DNA of 36,322 bases from NCBI GenBank assembly GCA_014728035.1, contig WJMJ01000075.1:1-36322 (forward strand), read 5' to 3'. Positions 9,732-18,910 of this stretch are shown in pieces. The stretch is from Promethearchaeota archaeon (GTDB lineage: Archaea > Asgardarchaeota > Thorarchaeia > Thorarchaeales > Thorarchaeaceae). Each line of letters begins with the position of its first letter. Within the stretch, counting starts at the first letter, position 1. The notes under the pieces were generated by a model. The model made no database searches. It saw only the letters and a program-made list of their open reading frames with translations, and was not told the DNA's origin. The translations under genes and the position numbers were made by a program.

Positions 9732-11573
9732 TCATACAGATATGGGAATTAAAATTTCGAATGTGGCTCCCGCATTTTCCTCGGAGGAAATGAGCTTCAG
9801 GGATCCTCCTAACGCTTTGATTATGTTACGTGAGAGGAACAAACCAAGTCCCCCTCCAGTTGTTGAGGCACCTCTTTGGAATAATTTGTCCTTTATCTCC
9901 GGAGATATTCCAGGACCATTATCGGATACGACAATTCGAACATTGTCTTCAGCTTTCGTAACAGTAACGGTAACAACAGGCTCATCACCAGCATAAGCCA
10001 CAGCATTTCTATAGAGGTTTTCAAAGACTGCTGGGAGAAGCCGACTTCCAGGTATTCTGAGATTTTTAGCTTGCTCTTCAATATCTATGTTGATTTTCAA
10101 ATCGACTTCTGCCGCTTCCGCTTTCATTGAAACTGTTCTAATCAGATTCGCAATGTTTCTTTCTATAGAGTCTGCTTTTCGACTGAAAGCTTTGAGAAGA
10201 CTACTCATTCGCTCACAGACCGCCCTGGCTGATTTTAACATCTCACTTGATTCGTTTTTTTCACCAACGGTAATCATCTCAATCATATCGATGTATCCCT
10301 GAATTAACTGCAAATCATTTCCTACATCATGTCGAAGTAGACTAGAATAGATTTCAAGCTCTTTCCTTTGCTGTTCCTTCATTTCCTCATTCTTTCTTCT
10401 TTCTATGTACAAATTGAGCTCTAATGCAACTGCATCCAAGAGGTCTTCCTCTTGATTAAGAAATGGGTCTAATTCACCATCGGGAATCTCTATTGTTTTT
10501 GGATAAGTTACTTCTATGAATCCACATCTCTCGCCAAATACTTTCAGTTCCTTTGACAGTATATGTTCTTCATCTTCAACTAGTTGGATGTCCACAGTAA
10601 ATCCTTCAAAGGTGATTCTCACATTAGCTAAATGAGGATATTGCAAAGCACCTTGGACTAAATTGACTACTTGAAAGAATGTGTCCTCAAATGAGCTATC
10701 TGTATTCGAGAGGGCTTGTGTAACTGTTCTCAGACAGATTATCTCTCTTGTCGTGCGTTCTAGTTCTTCTTTATCTCGCTTTCTTCCAAGATAACCACCT
10801 AATGCATCTGCAAGAGAATCTAGCAAAATTCTCTCTTGTTTTCTAAATGGACCTTCAAACTCATCTGGATAGTCCTTCAACAAGCATACTTGAATCGTTC
10901 CAACTTTTTTATCGATGATGCAAACATCTGCATATTGACACCACTCTGTCCGCATGAAATTTTCCGTTTGCTCTGTGATTCCTTCACAAGTGATTTTGAC
11001 TACGGTATCATCAGGATACTGATATGCTGTCGGAATCAGATGTGCTAATTGATACAGAACGTCTTCAATTATCCTGTTAGGGTCTGTTAATAACTTGGAA
11101 CTTGAATACAGACAAACTTGTTCACGTATTGTTTGTCGAAGATTTTTTGTTGTCCGCTCAAGAATTTCCATGTACTGTTCACGTTCAGTGATATCAATTA
11201 CTATTGCAATTGCATGAATTTCAGATTTAGGTGTAACTCGAGGAATTGAGCTGACACGAATCCATTTTTTTTGATTGTTTTTTGTTCTTATACTCAATTC
11301 AATACATGACGAATTTCCCATAAAGAGACCGTCTATTTTTTCTTGGACAATCTCTTGATCTGTTTCATCAATAATCTCATAGAGCGTTTTTTCAACAATT
11401 GATGGAATATCTTCTCCTACTATATTGGAGAAAGCACTGTTTGCATAGAGGATACACGCATCTTGATTTATGATAATAACAGCTTCTGGAAGCATTTCTA
11501 AGGACTGTCGCAACTTGATTTCACTATCATCTGATACTGTGTCATCAATTGAATCGTTACGTCCTTCATTCAA
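9732..11573 (-). CDS. PAS + 2x GAF-like repeat sensor histidine kinase (HK2)
   Basis: H-box 'LLRHDVGNDLQ', 'ENLYRNAVAY', 'SDNGPGI', 'GGGLGL'; N-terminal PAS; two internal 'CL...QYP...PF..EE.LLD' repeats; TTG start with AGGGG upstream. Confidence 0.9.
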   Translation of the reverse strand: MNEGRNDSIDDTVSDDSEIKLRQSLEMLPEAVIIINQDACILYANSAFSNIVGEDIPSIVEKTLYEIIDETDQEIVQEKIDGLFMGNSSCIELSIRTKNNQKKWIRVSSIPRVTPKSEIHAIAIVIDITEREQYMEILERTTKNLRQTIREQVCLYSSSKLLTDPNRIIEDVLYQLAHLIPTAYQYPDDTVVKITCEGITEQTENFMRTEWCQYADVCIIDKKVGTIQVCLLKDYPDEFEGPFRKQERILLDSLADALGGYLGRKRDKEELERTTREIICLRTVTQALSNTDSSFEDTFFQVVNLVQGALQYPHLANVRITFEGFTVDIQLVEDEEHILSKELKVFGERCGFIEVTYPKTIEIPDGELDPFLNQEEDLLDAVALELNLYIERRKNEEMKEQQRKELEIYSSLLRHDVGNDLQLIQGYIDMIEMITVGEKNESSEMLKSARAVCERMSSLLKAFSRKADSIERNIANLIRTVSMKAEAAEVDLKINIDIEEQAKNLRIPGSRLLPAVFENLYRNAVAYAGDEPVVTVTVTKAEDNVRIVVSDNGPGISPEIKDKLFQRGASTTGGGLGLFLSRNIIKALGGSLKLISSEENAGATFEILIPISV

Positions 11574-11679
11574 AGCCTTAATCCCCTTTGAGAAAATTGC
11601 AGTGCGATTAACATGTGTCCCTATTGTCTTTCAGTTTTTTTAGCAGATAAACAAATTCGCTATGTGCTTATTATCCAAC

Positions 11680-13104
11680 TTACACTGGTAGAGTGATTTT
11701 GAAAGTAGCTGATTCTGGATCTATTAGTTCAATGGTACCACTTAAACTCTGAATAATCTGTCTGGTTAGGTAAAGACCTAGTCCTCCTCCTCTTGTGGAA
11801 ATCCCTTTCTGGAATATTCTTTCTTGAATTGATGGATCTATCCCCGGACCATCATCTGATACGAAAATTTCAAGGATGTCTGATTTCTTTTTACAAGTCA
11901 ATCTCACTGTAGGACTATCTCCTGCATGAATTGCTGAATTTCTGAATAAATTAACAAATGCGATTGGTAAAAGTCTTGAAGATGGTGCCATTGTATCTTT
12001 TACTGATTTATCTATTTCAATTTCTATTGTTAAATTGGCATTAGCTTTTTCAGATTGTTCTGCAATTTCTCTGAGCAGTTGCCTAATCTCTAAACGATTA
12101 CTTTTCTTGGTTGGAGTAAATGTCTGAAGCAAATTTGCCATCTGTTTTCCAACATCTAATGATTGCTGCAGACGATTTCGAGATTTCACATCATCTTCTG
12201 GTAAAGTTGCTAGTGTGAGTTCAACATATCCTAAAGCAATTTGCAAATCTGAGCTTAGGTCATGACGCATTATTGATGTATAGAGTTCAAGTTCTCTCTC
12301 ATACTGCTTTTGCATTTCTTCATGATATTTTCTCTCTGAGATGTCACGAATGAATGATATGAATAATTCTTGATTTGCGGAGTGCAAATGACCTAAAGAA
12401 ATTTCTACAGGTATCCTTTTTTCAGCTTTTGTGAAGACAGTCAATTCAAAGACATCTGATTCAATTCCTTCATCCTGCTTATAGACTGGATGTTTGGGGC
12501 GACTACGTTCCTCTGGAGCAACTAGCATTCGGCTATTCATTCCTACTAATTCTTCTCGAGAATAACCGAATAATTCACATGCTGCTTGATTTGCATGGGT
12601 TATTAGTTCCTCAGCTGTTTCAATTGTTATCGCTTCCTGAGCACCTTCAAATAGCAGTTTGTATCTCTCTTGACTTGCTTGCAGCGCCCTTTGTGCTGCT
12701 AATTCTTCTGTGACATCATCAATGATTCCTACAGTACCTGTTATCTTTCCATCAGCATTTCTCCAAGGTGCAGCTGAAACCCGTAAAATTCGACATTCTC
12801 CAGTCTTATGAGTCATCGTAACATTGTATATCGAAGGATGTCCTTCAAGTCTTTGACTGGTCTGGTCTTGTATTTCTTCAATTTCAGAGGAATCAATAAA
12901 ATCTAACACACTTCTTCCAATGAGTTCTTGTTTTGAGTATCCAATAATCTCGGCCATATAATCGTTAACAAAAATGAAATCTTCAGAGAGATCAACTATA
13001 GCTATTCCTCTTGGTAGAGAAGTCACGGCATCCCAGACTGATTTAAGATCAGCTTGTAATATTGCTGCAATCTTATCAACTGAAACACCTGATTCTTCTT
13101 TCAT
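11680..13104 (-). CDS. 2xPAS sensor histidine kinase (HK3)
   Basis: H-box 'IMRHDLSSDLQ', 'NLFRNSAIH', 'SDDGPGI', 'GGGLGL'. ATG 13104 is preferred; the ORF track extends to 13188. Confidence 0.9.
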   Translation of the reverse strand: MKEESGVSVDKIAAILQADLKSVWDAVTSLPRGIAIVDLSEDFIFVNDYMAEIIGYSKQELIGRSVLDFIDSSEIEEIQDQTSQRLEGHPSIYNVTMTHKTGECRILRVSAAPWRNADGKITGTVGIIDDVTEELAAQRALQASQERYKLLFEGAQEAITIETAEELITHANQAACELFGYSREELVGMNSRMLVAPEERSRPKHPVYKQDEGIESDVFELTVFTKAEKRIPVEISLGHLHSANQELFISFIRDISERKYHEEMQKQYERELELYTSIMRHDLSSDLQIALGYVELTLATLPEDDVKSRNRLQQSLDVGKQMANLLQTFTPTKKSNRLEIRQLLREIAEQSEKANANLTIEIEIDKSVKDTMAPSSRLLPIAFVNLFRNSAIHAGDSPTVRLTCKKKSDILEIFVSDDGPGIDPSIQERIFQKGISTRGGGLGLYLTRQIIQSLSGTIELIDPESATFKITLPV

Positions 13105-13309
13105 AATAATCCTGTTCCTAATTAGAGGAGAGATGGTCATACTCGCTGTTGAGAACCCACCCAAGTCACTCTGAAGAGTATCTTCCAAATTGTTATGTTT
13201 TTCTATGGATAATGATTACAAATCAATTATCATCTTATATGAAGCTGTTCATCTTATATTTTCAGGCTGTTCCTCAACTTTTTATCTTGGTTGGTATTCC
13301 TCTAGGGTT

Positions 13310-14647
13310 ATGAGAACTCTCAAAAAAATGGGATATAGTGTTGGTAGCATAACAGCAACTCTTCCTCAGTATATGATTCAAACCTATATTTTCATTCATT
13401 ACCTAGTTCGTCTACATATGAACGAATTCTGGTTAGCAGGAGCACTTACAGTTTGGGGTGTGTGGAATGCGGTCAATGATCCGATATTTGGTTACCTTTC
13501 GGACAAGACCAGAACGAGATGGGGAAAAAGAGTTCCTTGGATAGCTATTTTCGCATTACCTCTTGCTTTGTCAACCTATCTTGTATTCGCCCCTCCAGGG
13601 GACGCTTTCGTTCTAGGTGACATTTCACTATTTATTTGGCTGACTCTAACAATAATATTTTATGATACATGTTATACTATCGTAGTACTAAATTGGACAG
13701 CACTTTTTCCAGAGATGTTCACAAGTAACGAAGAGAGGTCTCAAGTATCGGTAATACGACAGATATTCTCAATATTTGGACTAATCGCTGGAACAGTAGT
13801 TCCTGCAATTCTAGCTTCTACTATGGGTTGGGATACAGTTGCTTTTGCAATAGGACTTGTTGCTGCTCTATTTGCATTTCTGTCTCTCGCAGGCGTTGAA
13901 GAACGGGAGGAATTCAAACAGGAAAAACCATTGCCCATAATCGACTCGATGAAGTATACATTTACAAATCGAGCATTCCTCATTTTTGTCAGTTACAATT
14001 TCTTTGTGCAATATGTTATTGCTGTCGTTATGGGAGCATTACCTTTCTATGCTGAATTTGTACTCTTTCAAGATATCTCATTGATTTTCATTACAGCATT
14101 TGTTTCAGCGATACTCTTCTTTGCAATTTGGAACAAGATGATAGTTACCAAAGGACCTCGTACAACAGCTATTGTTACAATGCTTTGGGTTGGTGTTTCC
14201 TTACTTGGTATTCTCGTTGCAGCTGATCTAGTCACTGCCTTACTTGTAATCGCTCTAGCTGGAATGGGTGTTGGAGGCTTTATGATTCTACCAGATATTC
14301 TCATCGCTTTTGCAATTGACCATGACGAAACCAAGACCGGAATCCGTCGTGAAGGGGCATATTTTGGTTTCAACGCTTTCGTTATGCGTTTTGCAGTTGT
14401 GGCTCAAGCATGGACCTATTCACTCATTCTCTATGCTTCCGGGTTCGATGAGCAATTGCCTGTACAGCCTGATAGTGCTATACTTGCACTTCGAGTTTTA
14501 TTGTCGATACTTCCTCTCGTTGCTTCACTCATAGGTATAGCTATAATCTCAAAATATCCATATCATGGTGAAAAGCTCGAAAAAATACAGAAGGAAATTG
14601 CGTTATTGCATGACGAAAAGAAACAAAACCTTGAGCGAGATAACTAA
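13310..14647 (+). CDS. MFS transporter, GPH (MelB-like glycoside-pentoside-hexuronide:cation symporter) family
   Basis: 'WNAVNDPIFGYLSDKTRTRWGKRVPW' and 'DHDETKTGIRREGAYFG' are GPH signatures. ATG 13310 is preferred over 13190. Confidence 0.9.
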   Translation: MRTLKKMGYSVGSITATLPQYMIQTYIFIHYLVRLHMNEFWLAGALTVWGVWNAVNDPIFGYLSDKTRTRWGKRVPWIAIFALPLALSTYLVFAPPGDAFVLGDISLFIWLTLTIIFYDTCYTIVVLNWTALFPEMFTSNEERSQVSVIRQIFSIFGLIAGTVVPAILASTMGWDTVAFAIGLVAALFAFLSLAGVEEREEFKQEKPLPIIDSMKYTFTNRAFLIFVSYNFFVQYVIAVVMGALPFYAEFVLFQDISLIFITAFVSAILFFAIWNKMIVTKGPRTTAIVTMLWVGVSLLGILVAADLVTALLVIALAGMGVGGFMILPDILIAFAIDHDETKTGIRREGAYFGFNAFVMRFAVVAQAWTYSLILYASGFDEQLPVQPDSAILALRVLLSILPLVASLIGIAIISKYPYHGEKLEKIQKEIALLHDEKKQNLERDN

Positions 14648-14664
14648 CAGAAGTCCGTGATACT

Positions 14665-15384
14665 GTGAAATCAATAAACGAAATTCGGGTTCGAAGGTAT
14701 ACCGAGGAATCAAATCATGATGAAAAAGGTCTGATTGCTTCTGAACAAATTGTTGAAATACGAACATCTGAACGGCAACTTGGAGTTCTCAAGACCAGTC
14801 CCGGTTTAGAAGAATACCTTGCTTTAGGTTTCATTCTATCTATGGGCTATTGGCCCTATTCGAATAAATATCCAGAGGTTATTCGTCAAGAGGAATATGT
14901 TCTTGTTATCATCGATGAGGCAAGTATCGAAGATCATATTCGTGATAGAGATGATATCTTTCCTCTTGAGAGTGAACTTTTTCTTAGGTTGGAAGATTTC
15001 CAGAAACAACTTGGATACATATCTGAACAAGCTGAATTATCTTCCGAAACTACGGGAATTCATTCTGCTTTACTTATAGACACACTTGAGCATAAACAGT
15101 ACTTCGCTGAGGACTTCAGCCAATCAGCTGCAGTTGACAAGGTAATCGGCATGGGTCTAGCTAATGGCATTCATTTTCCAGCAAGTTATTTGCTTGTCAC
15201 GGATTTAATAACTCAAGACATAGCGGAGAAATGCATTTGGGTTGAAATCCCTCTTATCGCCTCAAGTTCCAGTTCAACCGATAGAGGAATACTGACTGCT
15301 GAAACATTCAATATCACATTGATTGGTAATCTTACTGTTGATTCATTTTCCGTATACCATGAAGGTGCAGTGAAGATAGAATAG
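14665..15384 (+). CDS. fdhD: FdhD-like protein (degenerate formate dehydrogenase accessory sulfurtransferase homolog)
   Basis: 'SPGLEEYLALGFILS', 'TGIHSALL', 'AEDFSQSAAVDKVIG' and 'STDRGILTAETFNITLIG' align with the FdhD blocks, but CGxCG is absent. Confidence 0.7.
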   Translation: MKSINEIRVRRYTEESNHDEKGLIASEQIVEIRTSERQLGVLKTSPGLEEYLALGFILSMGYWPYSNKYPEVIRQEEYVLVIIDEASIEDHIRDRDDIFPLESELFLRLEDFQKQLGYISEQAELSSETTGIHSALLIDTLEHKQYFAEDFSQSAAVDKVIGMGLANGIHFPASYLLVTDLITQDIAEKCIWVEIPLIASSSSSTDRGILTAETFNITLIGNLTVDSFSVYHEGAVKIE

Positions 15385-15392
15385 AAATGATA

Positions 15393-16580
15393 TCATTCTT
15401 TTTCTAATTCATCTTGTTCATCATCTGGATACTCTCTTCTTATTCCTTTCACCATAATCCCCTTTGCTGCTAAAGCACTACATAGTAATGGTGATGAGAG
15501 GAATATTTTTGGGATGGACATTTTCTTCTTATCAAAATCAAGAGCAACTTTGATTTTATACAAACTATTACTATGTCTGTCAAAGAGATATTTTGATTCT
15601 GCTAGTAACACCACTTGTGAATTCGAGTACGAATCGTTTTCCAAAGACAAAAGACGGGTCCCAATATCTGGGCCCAGTAACCATAATTTCCAGTTTCTTC
15701 TTTCTCGCTTGAAGAGTAACAATAATCCCTCTCTAACTTCTGCTGATTCGAATTCTGCTGCGTTATCTGGAAAGTCTAAACCAGGTGGCAATGTGGACCT
15801 GTTAATATATGGACGAATGACTTCTATTGGCTCTGGGTCATCCCCTTCTGCATAGATAACATCAGCAAAAGGATCCCATGTTAATTTCAATCCGTCCTCG
15901 GTCTCATACCAGAGTCCTGTCGTTCTGGGGTAACGAAGGAATTCTCTGATTTCTTTAGTGTTGGGTTCTCTTTTCTCGTATAATATTTCTGAATCATCTG
16001 GGCGGTGAAATTCCAAAAGATATCGCTCTTTTTCAGTCTTCAAGTCGATTTTGGTATGCACTATCTCTAGGTCTAAGTTTCCAATAGATTCTAGAGTCTT
16101 ATTGATTTGAGAATCGATTTTTTCTGATAATGGAATATTTGACATCTTAATGCTAGACTGTGCGGGATTACTCCAGATTTTTGCCCACAGTAAAGGGTAT
16201 GTTCTATCATCTTTAGGTGTGCCAAACTCTAACTTTCCCCATGGAATCCATTCATTTTCATTTTCTTCTAGGGGTTGCAACCAGATGTAATCTGAGTCAT
16301 CATACTCTGCTACCAATATATTGGTTCTATCATTATTCTGAATCTCCAATGCATTCTCAATTAACATATCATAACGGATAGAACCCCAAAACCAACCATA
16401 CCGAAAGCTCTTCCAGCTCTTAAGACAGAACAATCCTGTGTAGCATCTATTACTTCCCTTCGCTGTTTGGAAGATAAGCCAAGTTTCTGATTCTCCTATG
16501 TCTTCATCGATTGTTGTGATGAGCTGACCATATCTGATATTTGTCAAAACTGAAGATTCGATTTCTGACAAAGATATCAC
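15393..16580 (-). CDS. Hypothetical soluble protein, Trp-rich, acidic C-terminal tail
   Basis: 395-aa ORF with globular composition. The GTG at 16580 lies inside an AGGTGA RBS, so the true start may be TTG 16571. Confidence 0.75.
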   Translation of the reverse strand: MISLSEIESSVLTNIRYGQLITTIDEDIGESETWLIFQTAKGSNRCYTGLFCLKSWKSFRYGWFWGSIRYDMLIENALEIQNNDRTNILVAEYDDSDYIWLQPLEENENEWIPWGKLEFGTPKDDRTYPLLWAKIWSNPAQSSIKMSNIPLSEKIDSQINKTLESIGNLDLEIVHTKIDLKTEKERYLLEFHRPDDSEILYEKREPNTKEIREFLRYPRTTGLWYETEDGLKLTWDPFADVIYAEGDDPEPIEVIRPYINRSTLPPGLDFPDNAAEFESAEVREGLLLLFKRERRNWKLWLLGPDIGTRLLSLENDSYSNSQVVLLAESKYLFDRHSNSLYKIKVALDFDKKKMSIPKIFLSSPLLCSALAAKGIMVKGIRREYPDDEQDELEKE

Positions 16581-16582
16581 CT

Positions 16583-17033
16583 TTATTCTCTTCTACGGCG
16601 AACAAGTGCTATTAATGCTATTATTAAGAGTGACCCGCCCACTACCATCATTAGTATTTCCATTGGAGTGAAGTTCCAGAGAGAACCTCCTGAAGTCGTA
16701 GACGTAGTTGCAGTAGGTTCAACAGCAGCTAGGGCTTCTATAATATCTGTATCCGATGTGTATCTTCCTCCGTTGTCGTATACTACTATTGTAATGTTAT
16801 GATTCCATAATCCACCCATCTAGACTAAATTCTACATGTCCACTAGACCATACTGAATATTGTACCTGAGTTCCATTTTGTAAAATGACATAATAGCTTC
16901 CACTAGCATCTGATGGATTTCATACTATTGCTTGATCAACAGACCCATATTCAATAATCATATCAGCAGGATGCTCTATAGTTGGTGTGACAAGAAATAA
17001 GCTGAATAGGATGGTAATTTCTCTCCGCGACAT
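16583..17033 (-). pseudogene. Disrupted gene for a membrane-anchored surface protein with one Ig-like repeat
   Basis: ATG 17033 gives MSRREITILFSLFLVTPTIEHPADMIIEYGSVDQAIV*NPSDASGSYYVILQNGTQVQYSVWSSGHVEFSLDG, with in-frame TGA at 16920-16922. A frameshift near 16815-16820 leads into GLWNHNITIVVYDNGG..., a Thr-rich linker, a TM helix and RRRRE. Confidence 0.75.
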
Positions 17034-17093
17034 CTTAAACTACGGAATATCGGAACTCCGAACTCTCTTATACTTTTTGAAAATCATTTGAAT

Positions 17094-17124
17094 AAAAAGT
17101 GGGAGCAGGACAAATTTCCTGCTC
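17094..17124 (-). terminator. Intrinsic terminator-like hairpin after the ABC operon
   Basis: GAGCAGGA (17103-17110) / TCCTGCTC (17117-17124) inverted repeat, followed on the minus strand by CCACTTTTT, 3 nt after the stop. Confidence 0.6.
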
Positions 17125-17127
17125 TGT

Positions 17128-18006
17128 CTAAAACTGTGATAGGGCACCCCGCTGGCGAACTAGACGTTCTGTGGCTCTGAATAATAGAGTACCGACAATA
17201 ACAAAGATGAAATCAAGAATAATCAGAGCTACAACAGCAGTAACGACCCCTTCGTAAGCAAGCCCATACATCAAGAATCCCCTGAATCCTTCTACAGTCC
17301 AAGTCAATGGCGATGCCAAAGAAAGATATTGCAGGATTGGTGGAAGTACCGCAATGGGATACGTCATAGGAGCTACCAGCATCAATATACTTGACAGAAA
17401 CTCAACAATCATCCAACCTTGTTTTGCTGTTAGAACAATACAGACTACAGTAAAAATTAGACCCTGCATTGCGACAATAGATAGTCCAATGATTGCCAGG
17501 GCAGGTAGAATTCCCCAGACATCCAGACTCACTCCAAAGATTAACACGGACGCTGCGAGCTGAAGAACTACTCCGAGACCTCCATGCTGCAGATTATGTA
17601 GTGTAGACCCCCAGACAAGGGTCTCACGATTCATTGGTGTGGTCATGAGAGTTTCCAAGGTACCTACGTTTTGTTCACGTCTTAGTGAGAATCCTGTGCC
17701 CCAGAGCAAGCTAAGTGCAAGTCCAGTAAACGCAGTTCCTATCGCGATGTATGATAACCAGTCAGAAACCCCTGTTAAGTCCTGAAGGGGTATCGACTCG
17801 GTAGAACCGGTTAAGGCGGATCCTGCAATGAGGTAGGGAATAAACCAGATGAAAGGCATAACAATGAACCAAAGAACACTGAGGGGGTAACTCAGTTCAA
17901 CTTTCCACTGTTTTATTGCCATTGCGCTAGCAGCTCGAAGTTCAGCTCTGAATCCTTTGCGTTGCCACATCTTCTGAAAGATTTCAGATTCAACTTGTTC
18001 AGTCAT
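17128..18006 (-). CDS. ABC-2 type exporter permease
   Basis: 'LRREQNVGTLETLMTTP', 'YPIAVLPP', 'SPLTW'; 6 TM segments. ATG 18006 lies 1 nt after the upstream stop (ORF track gives 18030). Confidence 0.9.
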   Translation of the reverse strand: MTEQVESEIFQKMWQRKGFRAELRAASAMAIKQWKVELSYPLSVLWFIVMPFIWFIPYLIAGSALTGSTESIPLQDLTGVSDWLSYIAIGTAFTGLALSLLWGTGFSLRREQNVGTLETLMTTPMNRETLVWGSTLHNLQHGGLGVVLQLAASVLIFGVSLDVWGILPALAIIGLSIVAMQGLIFTVVCIVLTAKQGWMIVEFLSSILMLVAPMTYPIAVLPPILQYLSLASPLTWTVEGFRGFLMYGLAYEGVVTAVVALIILDFIFVIVGTLLFRATERLVRQRGALSQF

Positions 18007-18007
18007 T

Positions 18008-18910
18008 CTAGAAGCCTCCCATATGTCCACGTTGCTTGGTCCATTTCTCTGCCCATTTGAAAGAAGCCATTCCTATACCCCAGAATATCAGTGCTAGAAT
18101 ACCTAAAGCCCCAATTGATTGAATGAATGTCAATAGATTCATTGTCCCATTGATAGCAATCTCTCTGATTGTGATGATACCTATCGTAGTTGGCACTATG
18201 TAGGCAATTGCTTGAGCTGACCTTGGAAGGGCCTGAACCGGATATTGAATTGGCGAGAGCATGTAGGTGGATTCAGATATCAGCTGAGTGAGGACACTGG
18301 GATCTTTGAAGACTAGTATCAATCCAGCCACCATGAATCCGAAGCCGTACAGAGCGAATACCATGATGAGTAGAATGATGATAGTCGGAGCTATAGCAGT
18401 TATCGCATAGTTTACACCAAATATCGCCATTGCAAAGCACAGCATGATGATTGCCTGTAATGTTCCTTGAATTGAGTCGGAAAAAGCTGCTCCAAGTAGG
18501 ATACTAATTCTCGGTACAGGGGCTGTGAATAATGGTTCAAGAGTACCACTGAATTGCTCCCAACGGAAGTTGTTCCCAATACCCCAAATCGAATTATCCA
18601 GATACATAAATACAAACCAGCCTATCACTGAGAATTGCACGAAATCACCAAAGCCTGATAGTTCGGTGAAATGTGTGCTGGTCTCAGGTCCTGCTAATGC
18701 TGTTGCCATCAGGATAAATGGTGCAAACCAGAGAAGAGGCAATACTCCCCATACTAGGAAGTTTGCAGGATATCTAACTGCAATCTTTAGGTTCTTAGTT
18801 GCAAATATCTTTGCTGCTGACCAGTCCATGATACGTGGTTGGAAATCGTCTAGGTACTCCGTTCCATCCCTCACGCGATCTGTTTCTTGCTTTTGGAGTG
18901 TTTCGGTCAA
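18008..18910 (-). CDS. ABC-2 type exporter permease
   Basis: 'FRWEQFSGTLEPLFTAP', 'YPVQALP'; overlaps the ATPase stop (TTGA). Confidence 0.9.
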   Translation of the reverse strand: MTETLQKQETDRVRDGTEYLDDFQPRIMDWSAAKIFATKNLKIAVRYPANFLVWGVLPLLWFAPFILMATALAGPETSTHFTELSGFGDFVQFSVIGWFVFMYLDNSIWGIGNNFRWEQFSGTLEPLFTAPVPRISILLGAAFSDSIQGTLQAIIMLCFAMAIFGVNYAITAIAPTIIILLIMVFALYGFGFMVAGLILVFKDPSVLTQLISESTYMLSPIQYPVQALPRSAQAIAYIVPTTIGIITIREIAINGTMNLLTFIQSIGALGILALIFWGIGMASFKWAEKWTKQRGHMGGF

